The notes beneath the pieces were generated by a model. That model saw only the letters and a list, made by a program, of their open reading frames with translations. It did not search any database and was not told where the DNA came from. This document shows positions 26,829 through 36,072 of a DNA stretch of 58,122 nt, piece by piece. The stretch is from a bacterium (GTDB lineage: Bacteria > Krumholzibacteriota > Krumholzibacteriia > LZORAL124-64-63): assembly GCA_031441465.1 (NCBI GenBank), contig JANOEP010000026.1:1-58122 (forward strand), written 5' to 3'. Position 1 is the first letter of the stretch, and each line of letters begins with the position of its first letter. A program made the translations under genes and the position numbers.

Positions 26829-27431
26829 ATGTCCCGATACGCGCCGGCGGTGCTGTTGTTGCTGATCTCAGCGATCGCCGCCCCCGCCGAGGTCCTGGCC
26901 GTCGCCGATCCGCCGGCGCCCGCGCCGACCACGGCGGTGGCCGATTCCGCCCGGATCGAGCACGAGAAGGGCCCCTACCTCATCGGCCCGCTCACGCGCG
27001 AGGCCTGGAGCGGGTTCGCGCCCGAACTGGCTCCCGAAGCCGCGTCCTACCAACCCTCGCCCGACGTCGTCGAAGCGCTCGCCGCCCTCGACCGCGACCT
27101 GCGGATCGTCTGCGTGTTGGGCACCTGGTGCTCCGACTCGCGCCGCGAGGTGCCCCGCTTCTGGAAGGTCATGGAGGCCTGCGGCCTGCCGCCGGCGTCC
27201 CTGCAACTGCTCGCGGTCGGCCGCGCCGACGATCCCGCGGCGGCGGCCTGGGAGCAGACCCGGGGCCTCACGCCCGGCTACCGCGCCCGGTACGACGTGG
27301 CGCTCGTCCCGACCTTCATCGTCTACGAGGGCGGCCTGGAACTGGGCCGCATCGTCGAGACGCCCGCGGTCTCGCTCGAGGCCGACCTGGCCGCGATCCT
27401 CGGGGTCCGCGCGACCCCGGCCTGGCACTGA
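26829..27431 (+). CDS. exported thioredoxin-family protein (CxxS)
   Basis: Signal peptide; GTWCSDSRREVP; VPTFI; ELGRIVE. Confidence 0.85.
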   Translation: MSRYAPAVLLLLISAIAAPAEVLAVADPPAPAPTTAVADSARIEHEKGPYLIGPLTREAWSGFAPELAPEAASYQPSPDVVEALAALDRDLRIVCVLGTWCSDSRREVPRFWKVMEACGLPPASLQLLAVGRADDPAAAAWEQTRGLTPGYRARYDVALVPTFIVYEGGLELGRIVETPAVSLEADLAAILGVRATPAWH

Positions 27432-27468
27432 ACACCCAGCAACGATCCCCAACCGGAGGCGACGTCCG

Positions 27469-29292
27469 ATGACCACCCGCGAGAAACTGATCGCGCTGCG
27501 CGCCCTGATGCGGCAGGAAAAGATCGACGCCTACTACGTGCCCAGCGTCGACCCCCACCAGAGCGAGTACGTGCCGGCCTGCTGGCAGCGCCGCGCCTGG
27601 CTCAGCGGCTTCACCGGCTCGGTCGCCGACGTCCTGGTCACCGCCCGCGCCGCCGGCCTCTGGACCGATTCCCGCTACTGGCTGCAGGCCGAAATGCAGC
27701 TGCAGGGCAGCGGTGTCGCGTTGATGAAGCTCGGCGCCCCGGGCGTGCTCTCGCTGGTGGACTGGGCCGGCAAGACGCTGAAGAAGGGGCAGGTCCTCGG
27801 CGTCGACCCGCAGGTCATGTCCATGACGGCGGCCGACGATTTCGAGCGGGCCCTGGGCGAGAAGGGCATCGAGGTGCGTTACGTGCCGCACAACCTGGTC
27901 GACCGCCTGTGGGCCGACCGGCCCGCGCCGTCGGCCGCTCCGGTGCGCCTCCACGGCCCGCAGTACGCGGGTGAGAAGGCGTCATCGAAGCTCGCGCGCG
28001 TGCGCGCGGCGATGAAGGACCTGGAGGTCGACGCCCACGTCCTGGGCGCCCTGGACGCCATCGCCTGGCTGTGCAACATCCGCAGCCGCGACATCGAAGC
28101 CACGCCGGTGGTCATCAGCTACCTGGTGGTGACCGGGCGCGAGGCCGTGCTCTACGTCGACGAGAACAAGCTGGGCGATGCCGTGCGCCGGGGCCTGAAG
28201 GGGATCGTCAAGATCCGCCCGTACACCGCCGTTGCGACCGACCTGCGGGCGCTCGGCCGCCTGCGGGTTCCCGACCGCCGCCGGACCGCCGGAAAGCGCC
28301 GGCTGTGCGTGCTCGTCGACCCCGCGACCACCAGCCGCTGGGTCGCCGACCTGCTCGGCCAGTCCCTGCTGATCCGCGCCGCGACGCCGGTCACGGACCT
28401 CCGTTCGATCAAGAACCCGGTGCAGATGCGCGGCATCGCCGCCGCCCACGTCCGCGACGGCGCGGCGATGGTGAAGTTCCTGCGCTGGCTCGAGAAGGCC
28501 GTGCCCCGTGGCGGCCAGACCGAGATTTCCGCCTCGGACCGGCTGCGCGCCTTCCGCGAGGAGCAGCCCCTGTTCCAGGACCTGAGCTTCAGCACGATCA
28601 GCGGCTACGCGGCCCACGGCGCCATCGTCCACTACAGCGCCACCCCGCAGACGGATGCGAAGCTGAAGCCGAAGGGCGTCTACCTGATCGACTCGGGCGC
28701 CCAGTACCTCGACGGCACCACCGACATCACCCGCACCGTGGCCCTGGGCCCGCCGACCCCGCGCGCGAAGCGCATGTTCACGCGTGTGCTGCAGGGCAAC
28801 ATCAACCTGACGCGCACGCCCTTCCCGCGCGGCATGTCCGGCCAGCGACTCGAGGTGCTCGCCCGTCAGCCGCTGATGCTCGACGGCGCCAACTACGGCC
28901 ACGGCACCGGCCACGGCGTGGGCCACTACCTCGGCGTCCACGAGGGGCCGATGGGCCTCACGCCCCGCGACGTGAAGAACGTGCCGCTGCTGCCCGGCCA
29001 GCTGCTGTCCATCGAGCCCGGCCACTACGAGGCGGGCAAGTTCGGCATCCGCATCGAGAACCTCTGCTTCGTGATGCGCGACGAGAAGCTCTCGACGCCG
29101 GACCAGGAGTGGCTGCGCTGGCGGCCGGTCACCTTGTGCCCGATCGACCGCCGGATGATCGACAAGTCGCTGATGACGCGCGACGAGATCGGCTGGCTGA
29201 ACGACTACCACAAGCGCGTGCTCAAAGAGCTGGCGCCCTTGCTCGACAGGGATCATCGGGAATGGCTCAAGAAAGCGACTCGCCCGTTGTGA
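27469..29292 (+). CDS. aminopeptidase P (M24B Xaa-Pro aminopeptidase, long form)
   Basis: DPHQSEY, GFTGS, DSGAQYLDGTTDITRT, HGTGHGVG, VHEGP, EPGHY, GIRIEN. Confidence 0.95.
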   Translation: MTTREKLIALRALMRQEKIDAYYVPSVDPHQSEYVPACWQRRAWLSGFTGSVADVLVTARAAGLWTDSRYWLQAEMQLQGSGVALMKLGAPGVLSLVDWAGKTLKKGQVLGVDPQVMSMTAADDFERALGEKGIEVRYVPHNLVDRLWADRPAPSAAPVRLHGPQYAGEKASSKLARVRAAMKDLEVDAHVLGALDAIAWLCNIRSRDIEATPVVISYLVVTGREAVLYVDENKLGDAVRRGLKGIVKIRPYTAVATDLRALGRLRVPDRRRTAGKRRLCVLVDPATTSRWVADLLGQSLLIRAATPVTDLRSIKNPVQMRGIAAAHVRDGAAMVKFLRWLEKAVPRGGQTEISASDRLRAFREEQPLFQDLSFSTISGYAAHGAIVHYSATPQTDAKLKPKGVYLIDSGAQYLDGTTDITRTVALGPPTPRAKRMFTRVLQGNINLTRTPFPRGMSGQRLEVLARQPLMLDGANYGHGTGHGVGHYLGVHEGPMGLTPRDVKNVPLLPGQLLSIEPGHYEAGKFGIRIENLCFVMRDEKLSTPDQEWLRWRPVTLCPIDRRMIDKSLMTRDEIGWLNDYHKRVLKELAPLLDRDHREWLKKATRPL

Positions 29293-29297
29293 GCGTC

Positions 29298-29382
29298 GGC
29301 CGCAGGAGGTATGGGGGGGCCATTCCCGCTGTCGAAAGGCATTCACGCCTGCGGGAATGGCCCCCCCATACCTCCTGCGGCC
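29298..29382. repeat. perfect 32-bp inverted repeat with 21-nt spacer
   Basis: GGCCGCAGGAGGTATGGGGGGGCCATTCCCGC (29298-29329) and its exact reverse complement (29351-29382). Confidence 0.95.
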
Positions 29383-29404
29383 TCTGCTGCAGGGGGGAGC
29401 GGCA

Positions 29405-30310
29405 TTGAGCCATCTCGGTGAACTCCTGGCGCTTACTACGGCGCTGATGTGGGGATTTGGGGCGACGCTGTTCGGGTTGGCCAGTACGCGCAGCAGCGCG
29501 ATCCTGGTCAACGCGTTCAGGCTGCCGGCGGGGGCGACGTTGTTGTGGCTGGCTTGGGTCGTGACGACGGGCACGGTTTGGCCCGATGGGATTTCCTGGC
29601 GGCAACATATGTGGCTGGGGTTGAGCGGGACGCTGGGGCTCGCGATCGGGGATTCGTTCTACTACAAGGGGATCATGCTGGCGGGGCCGCGGCGGGCATC
29701 GCTGATGCTGGCGGCGACGCCCGTGGTCGCGGCGTTGACGGCGTGGCCGGTGCTCGGCGAGCGGCTGGGAACGATAGCGCTGGCGGGGATCGCCGTGGTC
29801 ATCGGTGGCATCCTGCTGGCCGTGCTGGGGCGCGACGCCGGCACCGGCGACCATCGCGACCTGCCGCGGGCGGTCCTGGTCCGGGGTCTGGGCGCCGCCC
29901 TGGTCTGCGCGGTCTGCTCGGCCGTGGGCAACGTCCTGGCGAAGCTCGGCATGCCGGGCGACACGCCGCCGCTGGCCGCCGCCCTGGTGCGCGGCTGGTG
30001 GGCGACCCTGGCGATGGGCGTGTTCCTGCTCGGGCGGCGCGACATCGTGTCCCAGTTGCCGCGCCTGCGCGACCCGTTGGTGTTGAAGCCGGCGTGCGTG
30101 GCCGTGGTGCTGGGTCCGTTCCTGGGCATGTGGGCCGCCATCGCCGCGCTCAAGCTCACCGAGACCGGCGTGGCCTCGACGCTGATGAACACCGTGCCGA
30201 TCACCGTGCTGCTGCCCGCCTGGCTCATCCACCGCGACCGGCCCTCGCCGACCGCCCTGCTGGGTGTCGCGGTGGCGGTGGGCGGGGGGGCGCTGTTGTT
30301 CCTGCGGTAG
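29405..30310 (+). CDS. DMT/EamA-family transporter
   Basis: About 10 hydrophobic helices, two EamA repeats, GLAIGD, GPRRA, LGERL. Confidence 0.88.
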   Translation: MSHLGELLALTTALMWGFGATLFGLASTRSSAILVNAFRLPAGATLLWLAWVVTTGTVWPDGISWRQHMWLGLSGTLGLAIGDSFYYKGIMLAGPRRASLMLAATPVVAALTAWPVLGERLGTIALAGIAVVIGGILLAVLGRDAGTGDHRDLPRAVLVRGLGAALVCAVCSAVGNVLAKLGMPGDTPPLAAALVRGWWATLAMGVFLLGRRDIVSQLPRLRDPLVLKPACVAVVLGPFLGMWAAIAALKLTETGVASTLMNTVPITVLLPAWLIHRDRPSPTALLGVAVAVGGGALLFLR

Positions 30311-30360
30311 GCGCGGGATGTCACCGACCACACCGGTCGTTCTGGAAGGGGGAGCCGCGC

Positions 30361-31005
30361 ATGGCGATGCAGGATCTGGTCATCTACGGGGCGGGGGGCT
30401 TCGCGCGCGAGGTGGCCTGGCTGGCGCGATCGATCGAGGGGCGCTGGCGGGTGGCGGCACTGGTCGACGACGACCCGGCCGCGCACGGCCGCACGATCAA
30501 CGGGTTCCCGGTCATGGGCCTGGACGCGGCCCGCACCGGGTTCCCGCAGGCGGCGCTGGTGGCGGCCGTGGGCGATCCCGCGCTGCGCGAGGCGCTCGTC
30601 GGCAAGGCCGTGGCGGCCGGTTTCGCGTGCGCGACGCTGGTGCACCCGCGGACCGAGATGTCGGAGTGGGTCGAGATCGGTGAGGGGACCGTTGTCTGCG
30701 CCGGCAACCTGCTCACCACGAACATCGTGCTGGGCCGTCACGTCCAGATCAACCTGGACTGCACGGTCGGGCACGACGTCGTGATGGGCGATTTCACCAC
30801 CCTGGCGCCCGGTGCGCACATCTCCGGCTGGGTCCACTTCGGCCGGGGGGTCTACGTGGGGACCGGCGCGGTCGTCATCAACGGCCACGAGGGCGTGCCG
30901 CTGACGCTCGGCGACGGCGCGGTCGTCGGCGCGGGCGCGTGCGTGACTAGGTCCGTCGCGGCGGGCACGACCGTCGTCGGCGTGCCGGCGAAGCCGCGCG
31001 GCTGA
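30361..31005 (+). CDS. sugar O/N-acetyltransferase, NeuD/PglD family (hexapeptide repeat)
   Basis: IYGAGGFARE, AVGDP, VGHDVVMGDF, VGVPAK. Confidence 0.92.
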   Translation: MAMQDLVIYGAGGFAREVAWLARSIEGRWRVAALVDDDPAAHGRTINGFPVMGLDAARTGFPQAALVAAVGDPALREALVGKAVAAGFACATLVHPRTEMSEWVEIGEGTVVCAGNLLTTNIVLGRHVQINLDCTVGHDVVMGDFTTLAPGAHISGWVHFGRGVYVGTGAVVINGHEGVPLTLGDGAVVGAGACVTRSVAAGTTVVGVPAKPRG

Positions 31006-31016
31006 TCCGGGGACGA

Positions 31017-32693
31017 CTAGAGGCCGGCGCCGCAGCGCGCCAGCAGGTCGCGCGCGGCCCCCGCCAGGGCCGCGCGTTCCGTCGGGGGCAGGTCCGCGCC
31101 GTCCACGGCCGCCAGGAACGCGGCCGCGCCGGCGCGCACGTCGTCCAGCGTCACGGGCAACTGGCCGGCGTCGAACTGGAAGGGCAGCGTGGGCGGCGAG
31201 CGCCGCAGGCCGCGCTCGAAGACGCCCGCCGCCTCGGCCGCGCGGCCCAGACCGATCTCGGTCAGGGTGAGGTAGAGGAAGGCCTGGGGAGCCGGCCCCC
31301 AGTAGAGCAGGCGGGCGCCGGCGTCCAGCAGGACGGTCGCGTCGGGGTGGACGCGCTCCGGATCGGTCGCCCACACGACGGTCGTGCCGCGCGGGCCCAG
31401 CAACGCGGGTCCCAGGTCCCCGGCCAGGGCCTCGCGCACGAGCGTCGGCTGGAAACCGGCTGACGCCTGATCTTCGCCCGCGGTCGCCCGCAGCGCCGTC
31501 GGCTGGAGGATCGTGAGGCGCCGCGCCGGTCCGGCGGGCACGGCGCGCAGCGTCTGCAACGCCTCGTGGCTGACCGCCGTGCGGCACACCAGCTGGTCGG
31601 CCGGCAGCCCGTCGGCGCCGCGGCGCGAGAGGCGCCATTCCAGCGAGCCCCAGGACAGGGCGGCCGCCGCGGCGGCGAGCAGCAGGGCGATCGCCGGGCG
31701 TGGCGCCGCCCGCCGCCGCGCGAGGGCCGGTCCCAGAACGATCGCCGCGGCGGCCCAGGCGGCGTAGGCTAGGTGAGGCTGCGCTTGGGACCGCAACGGC
31801 AAGGCGGACGCGAGCGCGAGCACGGCCCCGAGCAGCGCCGCCGCCGTCGCACGGTCGCCGGCCCGCCAGCCAGCCCGCGCCCGGTCGGCCCAGGCCAGCC
31901 AGGCCAGCAGCCCCACGACGCCCGTGAGGAATGTGAAACGGACGGTCGGCACCGGCCAGGGCGAGATCATCCACCAGCCGAACTGCATCAGGTTGAGCGG
32001 CACCGTGGCCGCAGACCACAATTCACGGACGTGACCGGGTGCAGGCGCATCGTGCCGCAGCAGCAGCGCGGTCTCGAAAACAGCAGCGACCGCCAGGCCG
32101 ACGGCCACCGCCAACCGCTCGCGCCGGCGCGCACGGTCGCCGCCCCAAGCCAGAGCGGCGACCCAGACCGGCAAGCCCAGCGCGCATTCCCGGCTCAGCA
32201 CGGCCAGGAGTCCGGCGAGGGCGGCCACCGCCGCGGCGCGCGGCCCGCCCGCGAGCAGCCGTTCGACGCAGAACAGCGCCAGGGCCGCGCCGAGCAGATC
32301 CTGCACGCCGGCGGCCTGGTAGAGCGGGACGAAGGCGAGCGGGGTGATCGCCACCAGCAGGGCCGCGACGAACGAGCCCGTGCGGGAAGCGCCGGCCCGC
32401 AGGGCGATGCGGTGGGCCAGCACCGTCACGGCCCCGTGCAGGAGCAGGCGCGTCACGGCCCACGGCCCGGGTGTCGTGCCCAGCACGGGTCCCAGGATTT
32501 TCCAGTAGGCGACCTGGCTGAACCAGCGGGTCGGCGTCTCGTCGCCGAAGGTCAGGCCGGTGGCGCGGCCGAGCAGCGCCCAGTCGGCGCCGTTCCACCA
32601 GGCCCCGAGCGCCGGCAGATGGCCGAGCACCGCGGCGAGGAACAACATCAGTTCCGTCGGCGGGGCGGGGAGCGGTCGGCGTTCGGCGCTCAC
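31017..32693 (-). CDS. multi-pass membrane protein, possibly GT-C-fold glycosyltransferase-like
   Basis: About 10 TM helices followed by a soluble C-terminal domain; LLLHG and LSRE motifs resemble ArnT/PMT-like proteins. Confidence 0.55.
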   Translation of the reverse strand: MSAERRPLPAPPTELMLFLAAVLGHLPALGAWWNGADWALLGRATGLTFGDETPTRWFSQVAYWKILGPVLGTTPGPWAVTRLLLHGAVTVLAHRIALRAGASRTGSFVAALLVAITPLAFVPLYQAAGVQDLLGAALALFCVERLLAGGPRAAAVAALAGLLAVLSRECALGLPVWVAALAWGGDRARRRERLAVAVGLAVAAVFETALLLRHDAPAPGHVRELWSAATVPLNLMQFGWWMISPWPVPTVRFTFLTGVVGLLAWLAWADRARAGWRAGDRATAAALLGAVLALASALPLRSQAQPHLAYAAWAAAAIVLGPALARRRAAPRPAIALLLAAAAAALSWGSLEWRLSRRGADGLPADQLVCRTAVSHEALQTLRAVPAGPARRLTILQPTALRATAGEDQASAGFQPTLVREALAGDLGPALLGPRGTTVVWATDPERVHPDATVLLDAGARLLYWGPAPQAFLYLTLTEIGLGRAAEAAGVFERGLRRSPPTLPFQFDAGQLPVTLDDVRAGAAAFLAAVDGADLPPTERAALAGAARDLLARCGAGL

Positions 32694-32909
32694 GTTCTGG
32701 CTCTCCTGCAGGTGGGCGGGAGGTCGGGGCTGCCGCGGACGGCGCGATATGCTATCCTGGTCGGGCGACGCCGCCGGGGGTGGCGCCGCTTTCGTGCCCG
32801 ACGCCGCTGGCGTGCCCGATTCAGGGAGCGCGCCGTGGCAACATTAACGAGGGTTCCGGCGGCGGGCAACCGCGCAACGACGCCGGGCGAACCGACGGGA
32901 GAGCTGGGG

Positions 32910-33563
32910 ATGACGAGCAGGACGATGCTGTTGCTGGGCGCCTTGACGATCCTGGCCGCGGTCGGCCCGGCGGGGTGCGTGTCGGAGGCTCCCGGCCCGC
33001 TGGCCATGACTGATCAAGAGCAGGAAGCCTGGGAGATCCGCCTGGTCGAGTTCCGCATCGACAAGAACGAAGCCTTCATGGACTCGACGCAGACCGCCCT
33101 GCGTGCGGAGGATCTGCCCGGCTTCGAGGGTCTCAACTACTACTACCCCGAGAAGAGCCTGCGCTTCCGGCTGCCCCTGGAGCCCGTCACCGGGGACCAG
33201 ACCGTTTCCCTGACCAAGCGCAAGGGCAGCACCGTGCCCTACGTGCTCAAGGGGAAGGTCACCTTCGCGCACGAGGGGAAGAACCACACCTTGTCGGTCC
33301 TGGGACCGGCCGATCCCAAGGACGGCGATTACCTGTGGCTGCCGTTCTACGACGAGACTTCGGGCGAGGAGACCTACGGCGGCGGCCGCTACCTCGACCT
33401 CGCGATCGCCGCGGACGGCACCGTGGAGGTGGACTTCAACTTCGCCTACAACCCGCTCTGCGACTACAACCCGGACAAGTACAACTGCACGCTGCCGCCG
33501 GCGCAGAACCGGCTGCCGTTCGCCGTGCGGGCGGGCGAGAAGCTCTTCCACGCGCACGAGTGA
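32910..33563 (+). CDS. DUF1684 family lipoprotein
   Basis: FEGLNYY, PFYDETSGEETYGGGRYL, DFNFAYNP.C, CTLPP..NRL, AGEK. Confidence 0.92.
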   Translation: MTSRTMLLLGALTILAAVGPAGCVSEAPGPLAMTDQEQEAWEIRLVEFRIDKNEAFMDSTQTALRAEDLPGFEGLNYYYPEKSLRFRLPLEPVTGDQTVSLTKRKGSTVPYVLKGKVTFAHEGKNHTLSVLGPADPKDGDYLWLPFYDETSGEETYGGGRYLDLAIAADGTVEVDFNFAYNPLCDYNPDKYNCTLPPAQNRLPFAVRAGEKLFHAHE

Positions 33564-33578
33564 GCGAAGGGACGCCCG

Positions 33579-34121
33579 ATGCCGGCGATGGTGGACCTCG
33601 TGGCGGAGTTCGGGCGCTGGCTGCTGCTGGGGCTCTGGATCCTGGCGCTGCTCGCGACGCCGCTGCTGACGGTCCTGGGGCTGAGCGGCAACTTCGTCAT
33701 CGTCGGCCTGGCGCTCCTGCACGCCCTGGTCACCGGCTTCACGCCGCTCTCCTGGCCTTTCCTGTTGCTCCTGCTCGGCCTCGCCCTGCTGGGTGAGGCC
33801 GTGGAGGCGGTCGTCGGCACGGTCTACGTCGCCCGCAAGGGGGCGACCCGCCACGGCGTCCTGGGCGCCTTCGTGGGCGGGCTGGTCGGCGCCGTCGCCG
33901 GCGGCGCCGTGGCGCCCGTGTTCGGGGCCGTGGCCGGCGGGTTCGTCGGCTCCTTCCTCGGCGCGGTGGTCGGCCAGTACCTCCGCGAACGCCGGCTCCA
34001 GCCCAGCCTGCGCATCGGCTGGCACGCCTTCGCCGGCAAGACCCTGGCCAGCTTCTTCAAGGTCGCCCTGTCGGCGGTGATGATCGTCCTGATCCTGCTG
34101 CGGGTCTTTCTGCGGGGATGA
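33579..34121 (+). CDS. DUF456 family membrane protein
   Basis: Hydrophobic; GAT..G..GAFVGG..G Gly-rich pattern. Confidence 0.8.
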   Translation: MPAMVDLVAEFGRWLLLGLWILALLATPLLTVLGLSGNFVIVGLALLHALVTGFTPLSWPFLLLLLGLALLGEAVEAVVGTVYVARKGATRHGVLGAFVGGLVGAVAGGAVAPVFGAVAGGFVGSFLGAVVGQYLRERRLQPSLRIGWHAFAGKTLASFFKVALSAVMIVLILLRVFLRG

Positions 34122-34168
34122 GGGCGGTCGTGCTGGCGCCGGGATGCCCCGGCTAACATGATGGGATC

Positions 34169-35470
34169 ATGACGGCTCGCGACGACAACCTCGATGCCCT
34201 GGCGCTCGAGCGCTTGACCATGCGCCGCTACCTGCTGGGCATGGTCTGCCAGGGCGTGTGGTGGTCGGGCTACATCCTGTTCCCGTTCGTGCTGGCGAAG
34301 TCGCTGCTCGCGCCCGGCTGGCTGGTGACCTTCACCGTCATCCTGGAATCGGCCAGCATGGTGCTGGCCATCTACTGGGGGCGGATGCTCGAGCGCGGCG
34401 GGCGCCGGCGCTGGCTGGTCTGGGGCGGGCTCGGCGGCCGCGCGATCATGGTGCTGATGCTCCTGGTGCGGGGGCCGCTGGCGTTCACGGCCCTGCTGGC
34501 GGTGGTCTACTTCTTCTCCTCGCTGGTCTATCCCGCCCAGAACGGGATCCTGCAGGCCAACATCCGCGCCGATCGCCGCGGCGAAGCCTACGGGCGCGGC
34601 GCCCTGGCCCAGCACCTGACGGCCGCGGCGATGAGCCTGCTGCTGGGCGCCCTGTTGGACCGCGATCCGCAGAGCTACCGGTGGCTCTATCCCCTGCTGG
34701 GTCTGGTCGGTTTCGTCCACCTGCTGATCCTGGCCCGATTGCCGCGCCCGGCGGGCGATCTGGAGGCTGCGGCCGCTCCCGAGACGTCGCGCCGGACGCG
34801 CCGGGTGTTGGACCTCCGGCACCTCGCGGCCGAGGCCGCGTCGCCGTTCCACGAAGCGGCGGCGACTTTCCGCGAGGACCGCGACTTCTACTGGTTCGAG
34901 GTCAACTTCATGATCTACGGCATCGCCTACATGATGCTCATGCCGGTCGTGCCGCTGTACTTCACCGAGGAGCTGGATCTCAGCTACCAGCAGATCTCCC
35001 ACGCCCGCGTGCTGATCGCTTCGCTCGGGGTGGCCCTGCTGGGCCCGCTCATGGGGCGGCTCATGGACCGTCACCATCCGGTGCGGCTGTCGAGCGTGAG
35101 CTACGCGGTGCTCGCCCTGTACCCGCTGACGTTGGCCGCGGGGACCCTGCTGCCGTCGGTCGCGCCGGCCCTGGTCGCCTACGCGGCCTTCGGCGTCTAC
35201 GCCCTGGCCATGGCCGGCATCAACGTCACCTGGAACGTCGGTTCGATCAGCTTCGCGCCGCCGGGGCGGGGGGGGTACTACCAGGGCATCCACGTCGCCA
35301 TGGTGGGCGGCCGCGGATTGATCGGGCCCGTGATCGGCTTCGCGGTGCTGCGCCTGCTCGGGTACCGCGAGGTGTTCGCCGTCGCGGCGGTGATCTTCCT
35401 GGCGGCGGCGGTCAGCTCGTCGCTGCTCGGCCGCCGGCTCGACCGGCGCGATCAGGCGCCGCCCGCCTGA
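34169..35470 (+). CDS. MFS transporter
   Basis: About 12 TM helices; WGRMLERGGRRR and GRLMDR loop motifs. Confidence 0.85.
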   Translation: MTARDDNLDALALERLTMRRYLLGMVCQGVWWSGYILFPFVLAKSLLAPGWLVTFTVILESASMVLAIYWGRMLERGGRRRWLVWGGLGGRAIMVLMLLVRGPLAFTALLAVVYFFSSLVYPAQNGILQANIRADRRGEAYGRGALAQHLTAAAMSLLLGALLDRDPQSYRWLYPLLGLVGFVHLLILARLPRPAGDLEAAAAPETSRRTRRVLDLRHLAAEAASPFHEAAATFREDRDFYWFEVNFMIYGIAYMMLMPVVPLYFTEELDLSYQQISHARVLIASLGVALLGPLMGRLMDRHHPVRLSSVSYAVLALYPLTLAAGTLLPSVAPALVAYAAFGVYALAMAGINVTWNVGSISFAPPGRGGYYQGIHVAMVGGRGLIGPVIGFAVLRLLGYREVFAVAAVIFLAAAVSSSLLGRRLDRRDQAPPA

Positions 35471-35553
35471 TTCCCGCCGTCTTGCCGGAAGCGGGCTCCC
35501 GTGCGAATCTGTTCCCCGTCGATCGCGAACCCCCCGACCCCGAGGAGGCGGCC

Positions 35554-35913
35554 GTGTCCGCACGCCTGAAGGCCTTCCGCGAGTACCGCGAGCGCATGAA
35601 CGCGCAGATCCTCGACGAGGCCACCCTGACCACGAAGCGTTTCTTCAACCTCGACACCCGCTGCTACGAGGACGGCGCCCTGAGCGCCCGCACCAAGGAG
35701 ATGCTGGGCCTGAGCGCCTCGCTGGTGCTGCGCTGCGACGACTGCATCGCCTACCACACGATCCGCTGTGTCGAACTCGGCGTGAGCAAGGCCGAGCTGC
35801 TGGAGATCTTCGACGTGGGCCTGATCGTGGGCGGTTCGATCGTCGTGCCGCACCTGCGCCGGGCCCACGAACTGCTCGGGGAGCTGCTGGCCGCGGCCGG
35901 TGACGATTCTTGA
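35554..35913 (+). CDS. carboxymuconolactone decarboxylase / AhpD-like protein
   Basis: GALSARTKEM, LRCDDCIAYH, VGGSIVVPH; AGGAGG RBS before GTG. Confidence 0.9.
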   Translation: MSARLKAFREYRERMNAQILDEATLTTKRFFNLDTRCYEDGALSARTKEMLGLSASLVLRCDDCIAYHTIRCVELGVSKAELLEIFDVGLIVGGSIVVPHLRRAHELLGELLAAAGDDS

Positions 35914-36072
35914 ACTGCTTGTGACGTAGATATTTATCGATTCGTGACGCTTTCGTGAGTTTTTGTGAGTATCCTTGTCTGGATCAATGACCTGAAGGGG
36001 CCGGTCCCGGCGGGTGCGCTGCGTGCGCGCTTGCGGGGCCGGTCGTCCTTGCACCCCTGTCAGGAGGCAGCA

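Noticed and set aside
29405..29800. G/T-ending codon bias in the 5' part of the DMT gene
   Set aside because: The reading frame and EamA motifs are intact; I could not quantify the shift, and local variation may explain it.
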